In this document: positions 1-9,134 of the stretch, in pieces | Layout of the letters: the number at the start of each line of letters is the position of its first letter | Numbering within the stretch: the first letter of the stretch is position 1 | NCBI GenBank assembly: GCA_965232105.1 | Contig: OZ246956.1 | Location: 3,781,588-3,845,587, forward strand | Direction of reading: 5' to 3' | DNA length: 64,000 nt | Source: Thermoanaerobaculia bacterium | Lineage (GTDB): Bacteria; Acidobacteriota; Thermoanaerobaculia; Multivoradales; Multivoraceae | Notes under the pieces: model-generated | Seen by the model: the letters and a program-made list of their open reading frames with translations, nothing else | Databases searched by the model: none | What the model was told of the DNA's origin: nothing | Made by a program: the position numbers and the translations under genes

Positions 1-356
1 TCCGGAAGGGACGCGCACGAGGAAGGACCGGCCAGCCGCCGTGCAGCGCGGTGCGGCGTTGATTCTCTTGCGGTCTGGGCGGCCGGCGGTTCCGATCCGC
101 CTGCGTGTTCGCCCACCCGCTCTCGGCAAGACAGACTCTCTCGCGCGCCTTCCGCCGGAGGCCGTGCGCTTCACGATGAGCGTCGGCGACGAGGTCCATC
201 CATCAACGTTCGGCACCCACGGCAGCGAGCGCGAGAGGTCGCAGTCGGGATGCAAGATTCTGGAGCGGGCCTTGGGACTACCACCGGCCGATTGCCTGGA
301 TCCGTAGATGGCCGACTGGTAGGGTCCGACGTTGCTTGCAGGAGCCGCAGGGGAAG

Positions 357-605
357 ATGACGCGCGACGAAATCGAGGCCAAACTGAGGGACATCCTGGT
401 GGAGATGTACGAGCTCGAGCCGGGCCGGATCGCCCTTGACGCCCGCCTCTACGAGGATCTTGCCCTCGACAGCATCGACGCGGTGGATCTGATCGTCCGA
501 CTCAAGGAGTTCACTCAGGCCGACATCGCTCCGGAACGGGTCAAGGAGATTCGTACGGTCGAGGACGTGGTCGACCTCGTAGCCGAGTTGCTACAGGTCA
601 ATTGA
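357..605 (+). CDS. Acyl carrier protein (APE-cluster ACP). The ORF track starts at TTG 336; ATG 357 (MTRDEIEAKL) is the more likely start.
   Basis: Has the LALDSIDAVDLIV motif with the phosphopantetheine-attachment Ser in the DSID context. Size ~83 aa. Followed by FAS-like genes. Confidence 0.8.
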   Translation: MTRDEIEAKLRDILVEMYELEPGRIALDARLYEDLALDSIDAVDLIVRLKEFTQADIAPERVKEIRTVEDVVDLVAELLQVN

Positions 606-606
606 G

Positions 607-1191
607 GTGAGCCCTCTGGTCAGCGCAGTCGAACGCCTGGAGTCCGTCGAGAGCGCCCGGTTCGATGCTGGAGAACTTCTTGTCGTGCCGACCGAGGCTG
701 GTTGGGAGACCTTGGCGCACAAGGGCAAGAAGGCGCTGATTCGGGAACTGACCAACCTGGTTACGACCGCGGCGACCGCCGAACAGGCGCCGGGGCGATG
801 GCGGTTCGTGCGGCGTCTTCCCGCCACGGGAAGAGCCGGTCGCGATCGCCCCCTCCACCCGCGATGGGAGGAACTCGAGCGCACCGCCGTCAGGTGGCTC
901 GGCGAGGCTGCCGTGACGGCCGACCTGGCGGTCCTGGAGGGCCACTTTCCCAATGAGCCGATCGTTCCCGGCCTCGCCCAGTTGCTGTGGGCAGAGAAGC
1001 TCTCGCTCCGGGTCTTTGCGCGGCACACCGCGACCGCCGAGATCCGTAACCTGAAGTTCGCGCGGCTGATCGCGCCAGGCATCAGGCTTCGGGTCGCACT
1101 GGTCCACGAGCTCCACGCGCGCTCACGGGTCGCGTTCAGGTTCACCTCGGACGCCGGCACGCACAGCAGCGGCGTGCTCATCGGCGCGTAG
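607..1191 (+). CDS. FabA/FabZ-like hot-dog 3-hydroxyacyl-ACP dehydratase (APE cluster DH)
   Basis: LEGHFPNEPIVPGLAQLL matches the FabZ 'GHFP..P..PG' active-site region. GTG start overlaps the ACP stop. Confidence 0.55.
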   Translation: MSPLVSAVERLESVESARFDAGELLVVPTEAGWETLAHKGKKALIRELTNLVTTAATAEQAPGRWRFVRRLPATGRAGRDRPLHPRWEELERTAVRWLGEAAVTADLAVLEGHFPNEPIVPGLAQLLWAEKLSLRVFARHTATAEIRNLKFARLIAPGIRLRVALVHELHARSRVAFRFTSDAGTHSSGVLIGA

Positions 1192-1206
1192 CGCCGCGCG
1201 CGGTCC

Positions 1207-1659
1207 GTGTCAGATCGAGCCGCAACCGTCCCGGCGCCGAGCATCGAGGCGCTCCTGCCACATGCCGCACCGATGATCCTGATCGACTGCGCCGCGGCGC
1301 AAGGCTCCTCGGCGACCCGAAGCGTGGTCCGCATCGGCGAAGACTCGATGTTCTACGAGGCGCCGCACGGGGTTCCCGCCTACGTCGGTATCGAGTACAT
1401 CGCCCAGACCGTCGCGGCTCACGCCGGACTCCACGCCTTTCGGCGAGGGGAACCCGTGCGGGTCGGCTTCCTTCTTGGTACGCGGGAGTACAAGTGCGCC
1501 GAGACCTGGTTCCGTCTCGGCGCCCACCTGACCATCGACGTGTCTCCTGTCCTCGAAACGACCGATGTCTCCAAGTTCAGAGGCGTCATCACAGACCGGT
1601 TCAGGGGTAAACTGGCGGACTGCGCCGTTACCGTCTACCTGCGATCCGGAAGCGAGTGA
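1207..1659 (+). CDS. ApeP-like 3-hydroxyacyl-ACP dehydratase (hot-dog fold)
   Basis: N-terminal LLPHAAPMILID motif is typical of the FabA-like dehydratases found in aryl polyene clusters. Length ~150 aa. Confidence 0.6.
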   Translation: MSDRAATVPAPSIEALLPHAAPMILIDCAAAQGSSATRSVVRIGEDSMFYEAPHGVPAYVGIEYIAQTVAAHAGLHAFRRGEPVRVGFLLGTREYKCAETWFRLGAHLTIDVSPVLETTDVSKFRGVITDRFRGKLADCAVTVYLRSGSE

Positions 1660-1666
1660 ACACCTG

Positions 1667-2389
1667 ATGACCGGACCGCGCCGCGCGCTCGTGACCGGGG
1701 CGTCACGCGGCATAGGCCGCGCGGTCGCCCTGGCCTTGGCCGGGGACGGTTTCGACGTGGCCTGCAATGCCCGAGGCGACGTAGAGGCCATCGTGACCGA
1801 GATCCGCTCGCGAGGCGGTAGCGCCAGCGCGCTTCCCGGCGACGTCTCGGAGCGCGGCGCCATTCGTTCCGCCCTGGACCGGGACATGGCCGACCGGGGC
1901 GCGTTCTACGGCGTCGTCTGCAACGCGGGCACCCACGCCGACGCTGCGTTCCCCGCGCTGACGGAGGCGGAGTGGGACGATGTCCTGCGCACAAACCTGG
2001 ACTCTTTCTTCAACGTCGTTCAGCCGTGTGTGATGCCGATGATCCGCCTGCGCGACGGCGGCCGCATCGTGGCCATGTCGTCCATCTCCGGCATCGCCGG
2101 CAATCGCGGCCAGGTCAACTACAGCGCTGCCAAGGCGGGGCTGATCGGCGCCGTGAAGTCCCTGGCCGTCGAGCTCGGCAAACGGAAGATCACCGTGAAC
2201 TGCGTCGCTCCGGGTATCGTCGGGACCGACATGACCCAAAGCACCTCCGACGAGATCATCCAGCGGCTCGTGCCGCTGCGGCGGAAAGGAAGGCCCGAGG
2301 AGGTCGCCAGCCTTGTCCGGTATCTATTCTCCGACCTAGCCGCCTATGTGACCCGACAGGTCCTGTCGGTCAACGGGGGCATGATCTAG
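1667..2389 (+). CDS. fabG: 3-oxoacyl-ACP reductase FabG (SDR family)
   Basis: ALVTGASRGIGRAVALALA Rossmann motif, NAG motif, catalytic YSAAKAG. ~240 aa from ATG 1667. The longer 1565 ORF is an upstream frame extension. Confidence 0.85.
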   Translation: MTGPRRALVTGASRGIGRAVALALAGDGFDVACNARGDVEAIVTEIRSRGGSASALPGDVSERGAIRSALDRDMADRGAFYGVVCNAGTHADAAFPALTEAEWDDVLRTNLDSFFNVVQPCVMPMIRLRDGGRIVAMSSISGIAGNRGQVNYSAAKAGLIGAVKSLAVELGKRKITVNCVAPGIVGTDMTQSTSDEIIQRLVPLRRKGRPEEVASLVRYLFSDLAAYVTRQVLSVNGGMI

Positions 2390-2449
2390 CGGAGCCGACT
2401 CCGTGTTCCGCCACATCTCACATCTCTCTCACGCCCGGGCGCTTTCGGG

Positions 2450-3697
2450 ATGAGCAGGCGGGTCGTTGTGACCGGCGTCGCCGGCATTTCGCCCATCGGC
2501 ACGGATTGGCCTTCGGTCCGGTCCCGTCTGTTGGCGGGAGAGGGCGGCGTCGAACGGATGGACGAGTGGAGTCGCGTAAAGGGGTTGAGGTCCTGGCTGG
2601 GCGCTCCAGCCGAGTTCGAGACGCCCCTCCGCTGGCCGCGCAAAATGCGCCGGTCCATGGGCCGCGTGTCGGCCATGGCCGTCCGCGCGACCGAACTGGC
2701 CCTAGAGCAGGCGGGCCTGCGAGACGACCCTGTCCTTCGATCCGGTCGCGTCGGCGTGGCGTACGGATCCTCGATCGGATCCACTGACAGCCTGCGGGAG
2801 GTCGGCCGCTTTCTCGCGACCGGATCCACTGAGGGCGTCACCTCGAACGTCTACGTCAAGCTGATGCCGCATACGACCACGGCGGCAATCGGCATGTTCT
2901 TCGGCCTCACCGGCCGTCTCCTCCCCTCGTCCTCCGCCTGCACATCGGGGAGTCTGTCGCTCGGTATGGCCTACGAGTCGATCAAACACGGCTACCAGGA
3001 CGCGATGGTCGCCGGCGGCGCGGACGAACTCGACCTTCCGGCAGTAGCGACCTTCGATACGCTGTACGCCACGAGCCGCCGCAACCAGACGCCGTCGCGT
3101 ACGCCGAGACCTTTCGACTCTGACCGCGACGGCCTGGTGGTCGGAGAAGGCGCCGGCACGTTCGTGCTCGAAAGCCGGCGCCACGCTCTCGAACGCGGCG
3201 CGACGATCCTGGCCGAACTCGTCGGCTTCGGCGCCAACTCCGACGGCGCCCATCCAACCCAGCCCGCCCAACGAACCATGGCCGAAGCGATGCGTCTGGC
3301 TCTCGCCGACGCCGGTCTGGGCGCGGACCAGATCGCCTACGTGAACGCCCACGGCACCGCCACCGAACTGGGAGACATCGCGGAGAGCCGGGCCACCCTG
3401 GAGGTGTTCGGCCGTCCAGTACCGATCAGCTCGCTGAAGAGCTACATCGGTCACACCCTGGGCGCCTGTGGCAGTCTAGAGGCATGGATGAGCCTCGAGA
3501 TGCTCCGTGAGAGCTGGGCCGCTCCGACGATCAACCTGGAGAATCCCGATCCGCGCTGTGCCGCGCTCGGCTACGTCGTAGACGAGCCGATGCGCATCAA
3601 GGCGAACTACTTGATGACCAACAACTTCGCCTTCGGCGGCGTGAACACGTCGCTCGTGTTCAGGCTGCCCCCCCCAGGAAGGAACCACTCCTCGTGA
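2450..3697 (+). CDS. Beta-ketoacyl-ACP synthase (KAS I/II-like, APE cluster KS)
   Basis: Active-site Cys in ACTSGS, His motifs HGTAT and GHTLGACG, C-terminal NNFAFGGVN. Confidence 0.85.
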   Translation: MSRRVVVTGVAGISPIGTDWPSVRSRLLAGEGGVERMDEWSRVKGLRSWLGAPAEFETPLRWPRKMRRSMGRVSAMAVRATELALEQAGLRDDPVLRSGRVGVAYGSSIGSTDSLREVGRFLATGSTEGVTSNVYVKLMPHTTTAAIGMFFGLTGRLLPSSSACTSGSLSLGMAYESIKHGYQDAMVAGGADELDLPAVATFDTLYATSRRNQTPSRTPRPFDSDRDGLVVGEGAGTFVLESRRHALERGATILAELVGFGANSDGAHPTQPAQRTMAEAMRLALADAGLGADQIAYVNAHGTATELGDIAESRATLEVFGRPVPISSLKSYIGHTLGACGSLEAWMSLEMLRESWAAPTINLENPDPRCAALGYVVDEPMRIKANYLMTNNFAFGGVNTSLVFRLPPPGRNHSS

Positions 3698-3969
3698 ACC
3701 AGACGCCTGAGCAGAGCCGGATGGCCGTCCTCATCGTCGATGCGCTGAACCTGGAGGACATCGATCCTGCCGACATCGACCCGGACGAGTTGATGTTCGG
3801 CGACGAGGGTCTCGCTCTCGATTCCATCGACGCGCTGGAGATCGCCGTCGCGGTCGCGGAGGGTTTCGGGGTCCACTTCAGCGCCAAGGACGAAACGACG
3901 CGGGAAGCGTTCGCCACTCTCGGCAGCCTGACGGACTTCGTGATGAAGGAAGTAAGTGCGCGAACGTGA
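3694..3969 (+). CDS. Acyl carrier protein (second ACP of cluster)
   Basis: LALDSIDALEIAVAVAE motif. 91 aa. Start overlaps the KS stop. Confidence 0.8.
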   Translation: MNQTPEQSRMAVLIVDALNLEDIDPADIDPDELMFGDEGLALDSIDALEIAVAVAEGFGVHFSAKDETTREAFATLGSLTDFVMKEVSART

Positions 3970-5311
3970 GGCGCCGTCGACGACCCCTCTGATCGACCGG
4001 TCGGAAGAGGCGGCGCCGTGGGCGTACGCTGGCGACCGCCCGGTCGCCGTCTCGCAGTTCGCCCGGGACGCGCTGCTGTGCGCCGACAGTCTGCCCAACC
4101 GCCCCTGGCTGATCAACATCTGCTCCGACCGGTACCTCTTCGGGGTTGCGTTCTTCGCCGCGCTCCTCAGGGGAAGCGTCAACCTTCTGCCGTCTCAACG
4201 AAGTTCAGACGCCCTGAACGCGCTGCGCCGACGGTACCCGGACAGCGCGATCGTCGCCGACGACAAGGCGGTCGTCCCCGGGCCCTCGCCCGGCACAGCG
4301 GAACCGTCCGCCATTCTGCCCGCCATCGACACGGCCCAGCTCGCCGCGATCGTCTTCACCTCCGGCAGCACCGGCGCGCCGAGTCCGCATCCGAAGACCT
4401 GGGGGCTGCTCAGCGATTTCCGCGCCATCCACTGGCGTCGCCTGACCCGAGCTCTGGAGGAAACCGGGACTTCTACCGGCGAGCTGGCGATCGTGTCGAC
4501 CGTTCCGCCGTGGCACCTGTACGGGCTCGAGTGGACGCTGCTCCTGCCGAGCATCGCTCCCGTCTCGGTCCACTGCGAACGTGCCTTCTTTCCCAAGGAC
4601 GTGGTCGACACGCTCGGCTCCTCAAGCGCCCCCACCGTCCTGGTGACGACACCGACGCACCTGCGGGCGTTGCTCAAGGCGCCTCCTCCCGCTCGCTCGG
4701 TGAGCGTGACGATCTGCGCAACCGCCCCTCTCGATGCGAACCTCGCAGCCCAGGCGGAACGACACCTCGGCGCGCCGATTCTGGAACTCTACGGTTGCAG
4801 CGAAGTGGGAACGTTGGCCTCCCGCCGGCCTGCCGAAGGTCGTGGGTGGAGCTTCTTCGACTACTTCCAACTGGCTTTCTCCGAGAGCGGTCTGACGGTA
4901 AGCGCGCCCCGCCTGGAGGCGCCCGTCGACCTCGCGGACCGCTTCGAGCGCCTCGCGGATGGACGGTTCGAGTTTCTTGGACGGTCCACGGACATCGTGA
5001 AGATCGCCGGAAAGCGAGAGTCTCTCGCGAACCTGAATACTCTCCTTCTGGAACTCCCTGGAGTCCGGGACGGCGTGATCTTCCAGCCCCGGCGCGACGG
5101 CAGGCCTTCGGAACGGCTCGCGGCCCTCGTGGTAGCGCCGGACCTCGAGCCGCGAGACATCCGAAAGGCGATGGCGAATCGGCTGGATCCAGCCTTCGTG
5201 CCGCGACCGATCCGGATCGTGGATGCGGTTCCGCGCAATCGCACGGGCAAGACACCTCTCGGCAGCCTGACAAGCTTGCTGGGCGGTCGCGCCGTCGAGT
5301 TCAATGACTGA
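3956..5311 (+). CDS. AMP-dependent synthetase/ligase (aryl-acid:ACP ligase, ApeH/XanA2-like)
   Basis: FTSGSTGAPSPHPK matches the adenylate-forming core T-S-G-S-T-G-x-P-K, with a downstream YGCSE motif. ~450 aa. Confidence 0.75.
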   Translation: MREREAPSTTPLIDRSEEAAPWAYAGDRPVAVSQFARDALLCADSLPNRPWLINICSDRYLFGVAFFAALLRGSVNLLPSQRSSDALNALRRRYPDSAIVADDKAVVPGPSPGTAEPSAILPAIDTAQLAAIVFTSGSTGAPSPHPKTWGLLSDFRAIHWRRLTRALEETGTSTGELAIVSTVPPWHLYGLEWTLLLPSIAPVSVHCERAFFPKDVVDTLGSSSAPTVLVTTPTHLRALLKAPPPARSVSVTICATAPLDANLAAQAERHLGAPILELYGCSEVGTLASRRPAEGRGWSFFDYFQLAFSESGLTVSAPRLEAPVDLADRFERLADGRFEFLGRSTDIVKIAGKRESLANLNTLLLELPGVRDGVIFQPRRDGRPSERLAALVVAPDLEPRDIRKAMANRLDPAFVPRPIRIVDAVPRNRTGKTPLGSLTSLLGGRAVEFND

Positions 5312-6245
5312 TGCCGTCCACTGGCAGGAGCGATCCGAAGCAGGAAACCGGCTCGCCATCCGCACCACGGCGTGGATAGCTCGAAGGCTGGGTCGCAAGG
5401 CCGTCCATCTCCTGCTCTACCCGACGGTCCTGTACTTCTACCTGGCGCGGGCGCCGGAACGCAGAGCCTCCCGAGACTTCCTGAGACGAGCCCTGAAGCG
5501 GCCCGTACGGGAGACCGACGTGCTACGCCACTTTCTCAGTTTCGCTCGGGTCGCGGCGGACCGCTTCTTCGCTCTCAGCCGCAGTCCCGAAGCGAGAGAA
5601 GTCAGGTTCGTACGGGACGAGGGAGTCCAACAGGTGGTGGAAGAGAACAGCGCGGGTATCTTCGTGACCGCGCATTTCGGTTCGTTCGACGCGCCCAGAG
5701 TCGTCGACGCGGACCGCCGGGAGTTCGGGATTCGCATCGTCCTGGACAAGGGCGTCAACGCTCACTTCGTCCGGGTCATGGAGGAGATCGATCCAGCGAT
5801 GGCGGAACGGATAATCGACTCGGAGCAAAGCGCGGCGTCTCTGGGAATCTCGATCGCGGAAGCGCTCCGTGAAAACGAGTGGGTCGGGTTCATGGCGGAT
5901 CGCTGTCGACCGGGAGACCGGACCCTGTCGCTTCCCTTCCTCGGTGCCCCGGCGACTTTCCCGCTCGGCCCGTACCTCGTTGCCTGCGCCTTCAAGGCGC
6001 CGATCATCTGCGTGTTCTGCCGTCTGGACCCGCCCGGCTATGAGGTGCACTGCGAGGTTCTGTGGACCGGCGGCCAGGTGCCTCGATCCCAACGAGCGAG
6101 CACGGTCGCCGCGCTGGCTCGGGGATACGCGGAGAGACTGGAGCGCCATGTCCGCGCGGCGCCGCTTTCCTGGTTCAACTTCTTTGACTTCTGGGCGCAG
6201 CATGCGACCGAGGCGCAACCGCCCGGCAGTGGCAGGGCGCGCTGA
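5304..6245 (+). CDS. LpxL/HtrB-like lysophospholipid (lauroyl) acyltransferase
   Basis: ~313 aa. Predicted N-terminal membrane segment. Family assignment is by APE-cluster position plus general similarity. The HX4D region was not verified by eye. Confidence 0.55.
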   Translation: MTDAVHWQERSEAGNRLAIRTTAWIARRLGRKAVHLLLYPTVLYFYLARAPERRASRDFLRRALKRPVRETDVLRHFLSFARVAADRFFALSRSPEAREVRFVRDEGVQQVVEENSAGIFVTAHFGSFDAPRVVDADRREFGIRIVLDKGVNAHFVRVMEEIDPAMAERIIDSEQSAASLGISIAEALRENEWVGFMADRCRPGDRTLSLPFLGAPATFPLGPYLVACAFKAPIICVFCRLDPPGYEVHCEVLWTGGQVPRSQRASTVAALARGYAERLERHVRAAPLSWFNFFDFWAQHATEAQPPGSGRAR

Positions 6246-6900
6246 CGCGGCCCGCTTCGGGCGGGCGGCCGCCGCCGTTCTTGCCCTCCTGGCCGCAGTC
6301 CCGGTCGCCGCCGACGACGCTGCCTGGGAGCGGCTCGCGGGCCTGGAGTTCCCGCGGGAACAGCGCGTCACCTTCGTTGAGCGACACCTGAATCGACTGC
6401 TGCGCGCGCCGGCTGAACAGCGCGGCGAACTCTGGCTGACAAGCGACGGCGTCGCGGTCATGCGGGTGCACGCCCCACGCCTCGAGGAACGAAGAATCGA
6501 GGGCGACCGGCTCGTCCTGCGGCGCCCGCACCGGCGGCGAAGCGGTCCCGAGGAGCGGGACGCCGCACTCGACCAGGGCACTGAGCGGCGCCGCAAACTG
6601 AACCGCGAGCGGGGCGCTCACCTGGTGCTGGCGATCATCCTCGACGTGCTGTCCGGCGACGTTACGGAACTTCGGCAGACCTTCGACTCCACGTTGACCT
6701 CCTTCGGTGACTCTTCGGAAGGCCATGACTGGGAGATCGAGCTGGTTCCGCGGGACCCCCGATTGCGCGGCGAACTCGTCTCCGTGCGTCTTCGAGGCAC
6801 AGGCCGGCGCCTCGCCTTCCTCCACCTGAGCCGCGGCGGCCGGAACTGGCGGGAGATCCGGCTTCTCTCCCCATCCCGAAGCGACCAGAGCATCAACTGA
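6212..6900 (+). CDS. Secreted protein, probable LolA-like outer-membrane lipoprotein carrier-like protein of APE clusters
   Basis: ATG 6212 gives an Arg-rich n-region followed by AAAVLALLAAVPVAADD, a signal-peptide-like segment. Assigned mainly by synteny between the acyltransferase and the MMPL exporter. Confidence 0.4.
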
Positions 6901-6902
6901 TC

Positions 6903-9134
6903 TTGACTCTCGCCCAACGCACCGCCGTCCTCCTGATCCTTGCCGCGATGGTCGCCGGCGCAGCGACCCTCGATCTCTCGATCGGTTACGACCTGGCCTC
7001 CTTCCTGCCCAGGCCCACTACTCCCGGCCAGCGCCTGCTCGTGGAACGCCTGGGGCAGGTGTCCGGCGCCGACGCGATCTACGTGGTTCTGCCGGAGGCG
7101 TCGGAGTCAAGGGCCGAAGCCGTAGCGGAAGACCTGCGAGCGATGCCGAGGGCTCGCCGGGTTCTTCCAGAGGCGGAAATGCTCGACCCGGACTCGATCC
7201 CACTCCCGATCTGGCGTAAACGGTTGCTGCTCCACGACCTGCCCGCGGGAGAAGACGGCTGGCGCGAGGTCCTGGAAGCCCGGCTAGCGGACTCCACGCT
7301 GGCCGACTCGGACGAGGCCCTGGAACTGATCGCCGCTGACCCGTTGCTGGCGAGCGTCTCCGCGCTCGAACGGATGGCCTCCGCACCGCGCATGTTCGGA
7401 GACGGCGACGCACGGTACCTTCTGATTCTCCCGGCGGCAGCCATGTTCGACATCGGCGCGCATGCCGAGTTGATCACGGACGTGAGACGGACTCTCACCG
7501 GCCATGGTTTCGACGATGCCCGGCTCTACGGCACCGGCGTCTACAGCGTCGATCTGCAGGCCAGGACGCAGCAGGAAGCGAAGCTGTTCAGTGCGCTGGC
7601 CGCGGTCGCGCTGGCGCTCCTGCTGTTGTGGCACTTCCGCTCGCCCACCGCGGTCGTCGCCGCAGGAGCGCCCATGCTCGCCGGCGCGGCAGCGGGGCTC
7701 GGAGTCGCGGCGCTCCTCTACGACGAGGTTCACGGCATCGCTCTAGCCTTCGGCTTCACCCTTCTGGGCGTCGCGGTGGACTACCCCCTGCACGCGCTCA
7801 GCCACCGGTCGAACCCGGGCGCCGTCTGGGCAACCCTTCGCATGGGGGTGGGCAGCACGCTGATCGCCTACTCCGTGTTCCTCGTGGGCGGTGCCTCGGG
7901 TCTTCAGCAGCTCGGCGTGTTCGCTCTTTCGGGCATCGCCGCGGCCGCGCTGGCGACCGCCTGGTTGACGGCAGGAAGCGCGGGCGCGGCGTTACCAGCG
8001 ACGGCGGCGAAGCCAGCGCCCGCCTGCGGTACGGCACTGCGCCCCTGGCCGTGGATCGTCGTGGCCGCGGCTGCTGCCTTCCCGCTGACCACGCGCGGCC
8101 CGTTCCTGGACGACCTCGACGCGCTGACACCCGTGCCCAGAGAGACGCTGGCGGCCGACGCGGAAGTTCGCAGGCAAGTGGGGGCGAGCGACATGCGCCA
8201 TGTGGCGGCAAGCCGCGCCGCCAATCTCGAGGACGCCCTTCGACTCACGGAAGCCCTCGCCGCGCGTCTGGACGAGGCAGTACTGGCGGGCGAAGTTGAA
8301 GCCCACCGAAGCATCTCACCGCTGCTCCCCAGCCGATCGCGCCAGCGTGAGCGAATGGCCGAACTACGCCAGTTTCTTGTCCAGGGCGGCGTGTACTCGG
8401 GCGCCTTCGCTCACGCCGCAGCCGACCTGTCTTTCGCCGGGGATGCATTCCGACCCTTCCACGACGATGCGGTCGCCATCGAAGGAACTACGAACTGGCT
8501 CGTGATCGACGATCTGCGGGACCACCCGGACCTCGCAGCGCTGACCGGCCTTCACCTGCTGGAAACGACCGTTGGATGGACCAGCCTCACATTCCTGAGC
8601 GGCATGGCTGACACAGGTGCAGTGGCCACGCGGCTCGACGGCCTGGACGGGGTTCAGTTCGTCGACCTCGTCGAAGCTTCCAGCACTCTGGTGACGGACC
8701 TCCGACGCAGAATCGCTGTTCTGCTCCTGGCCGCGCTCCTGGCCGCCGGCGTGGTGCTTTCGCTGCTCACCCGAGACTTCCGCCGTTCGGTCTGGCTGCT
8801 CGGAAACGTCGCCGCCGCACTGGCGGTCGCGGCAAGTCTCGGGACATGGCTGCGGGGCGGCCTCTCGCCCTTCGACCTGATGGCGCTGGCGCTGGTGGCG
8901 GGGCTCGGCCTGGACTACGGCCTGTTTCACAGCCGAACGCCGGCCGACGCGGCGGACGCCAGCGAAACGGAAGCCGCTGTGCTGATCTGCGCACTTTCGA
9001 GTTTCGTCGTGTTCGCGCTCCTCGCCTTCTCCAGCATTCCGGTTCTCGCCGGAATCGGTCAGACTGTGGCAAGTGGAGTGGCCGCAGCGTACCTGCTGAC
9101 GCACTTCGGCCGCTATCCGAAACCTGGAACCTGA
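6903..9134 (+). CDS. MMPL/RND-superfamily exporter (APE pigment exporter-like)
   Basis: 743 aa polytopic membrane protein with two clusters of hydrophobic helices separated by soluble domains. Typical ApeM position. Confidence 0.6.
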   Translation: MTLAQRTAVLLILAAMVAGAATLDLSIGYDLASFLPRPTTPGQRLLVERLGQVSGADAIYVVLPEASESRAEAVAEDLRAMPRARRVLPEAEMLDPDSIPLPIWRKRLLLHDLPAGEDGWREVLEARLADSTLADSDEALELIAADPLLASVSALERMASAPRMFGDGDARYLLILPAAAMFDIGAHAELITDVRRTLTGHGFDDARLYGTGVYSVDLQARTQQEAKLFSALAAVALALLLLWHFRSPTAVVAAGAPMLAGAAAGLGVAALLYDEVHGIALAFGFTLLGVAVDYPLHALSHRSNPGAVWATLRMGVGSTLIAYSVFLVGGASGLQQLGVFALSGIAAAALATAWLTAGSAGAALPATAAKPAPACGTALRPWPWIVVAAAAAFPLTTRGPFLDDLDALTPVPRETLAADAEVRRQVGASDMRHVAASRAANLEDALRLTEALAARLDEAVLAGEVEAHRSISPLLPSRSRQRERMAELRQFLVQGGVYSGAFAHAAADLSFAGDAFRPFHDDAVAIEGTTNWLVIDDLRDHPDLAALTGLHLLETTVGWTSLTFLSGMADTGAVATRLDGLDGVQFVDLVEASSTLVTDLRRRIAVLLLAALLAAGVVLSLLTRDFRRSVWLLGNVAAALAVAASLGTWLRGGLSPFDLMALALVAGLGLDYGLFHSRTPADAADASETEAAVLICALSSFVVFALLAFSSIPVLAGIGQTVASGVAAAYLLTHFGRYPKPGT

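Noticed and set aside
41-307. 88-aa ORF at the window start upstream of the ACP gene
   Set aside because: It has no recognisable motif, an Arg/Pro-rich composition and no ribosome-binding site. It is probably non-coding leader sequence or the end of an unseen gene.
591-1334. Long antisense ORFs overlapping well-supported genes throughout the window. Examples: 591-1334(-), 1210-1887(-), 16170-17918(+), 18269-20908(+), 43839-46007(+), 50007-51470(+), 51657-53090(+), 53496-54860(-), 30391-32046(+).
   Set aside because: Their translations are Arg/Ala/Pro/Gly-rich low-complexity strings typical of alternative frames in ~70% G+C DNA. Each overlaps a gene with clear family motifs on the other strand or frame.
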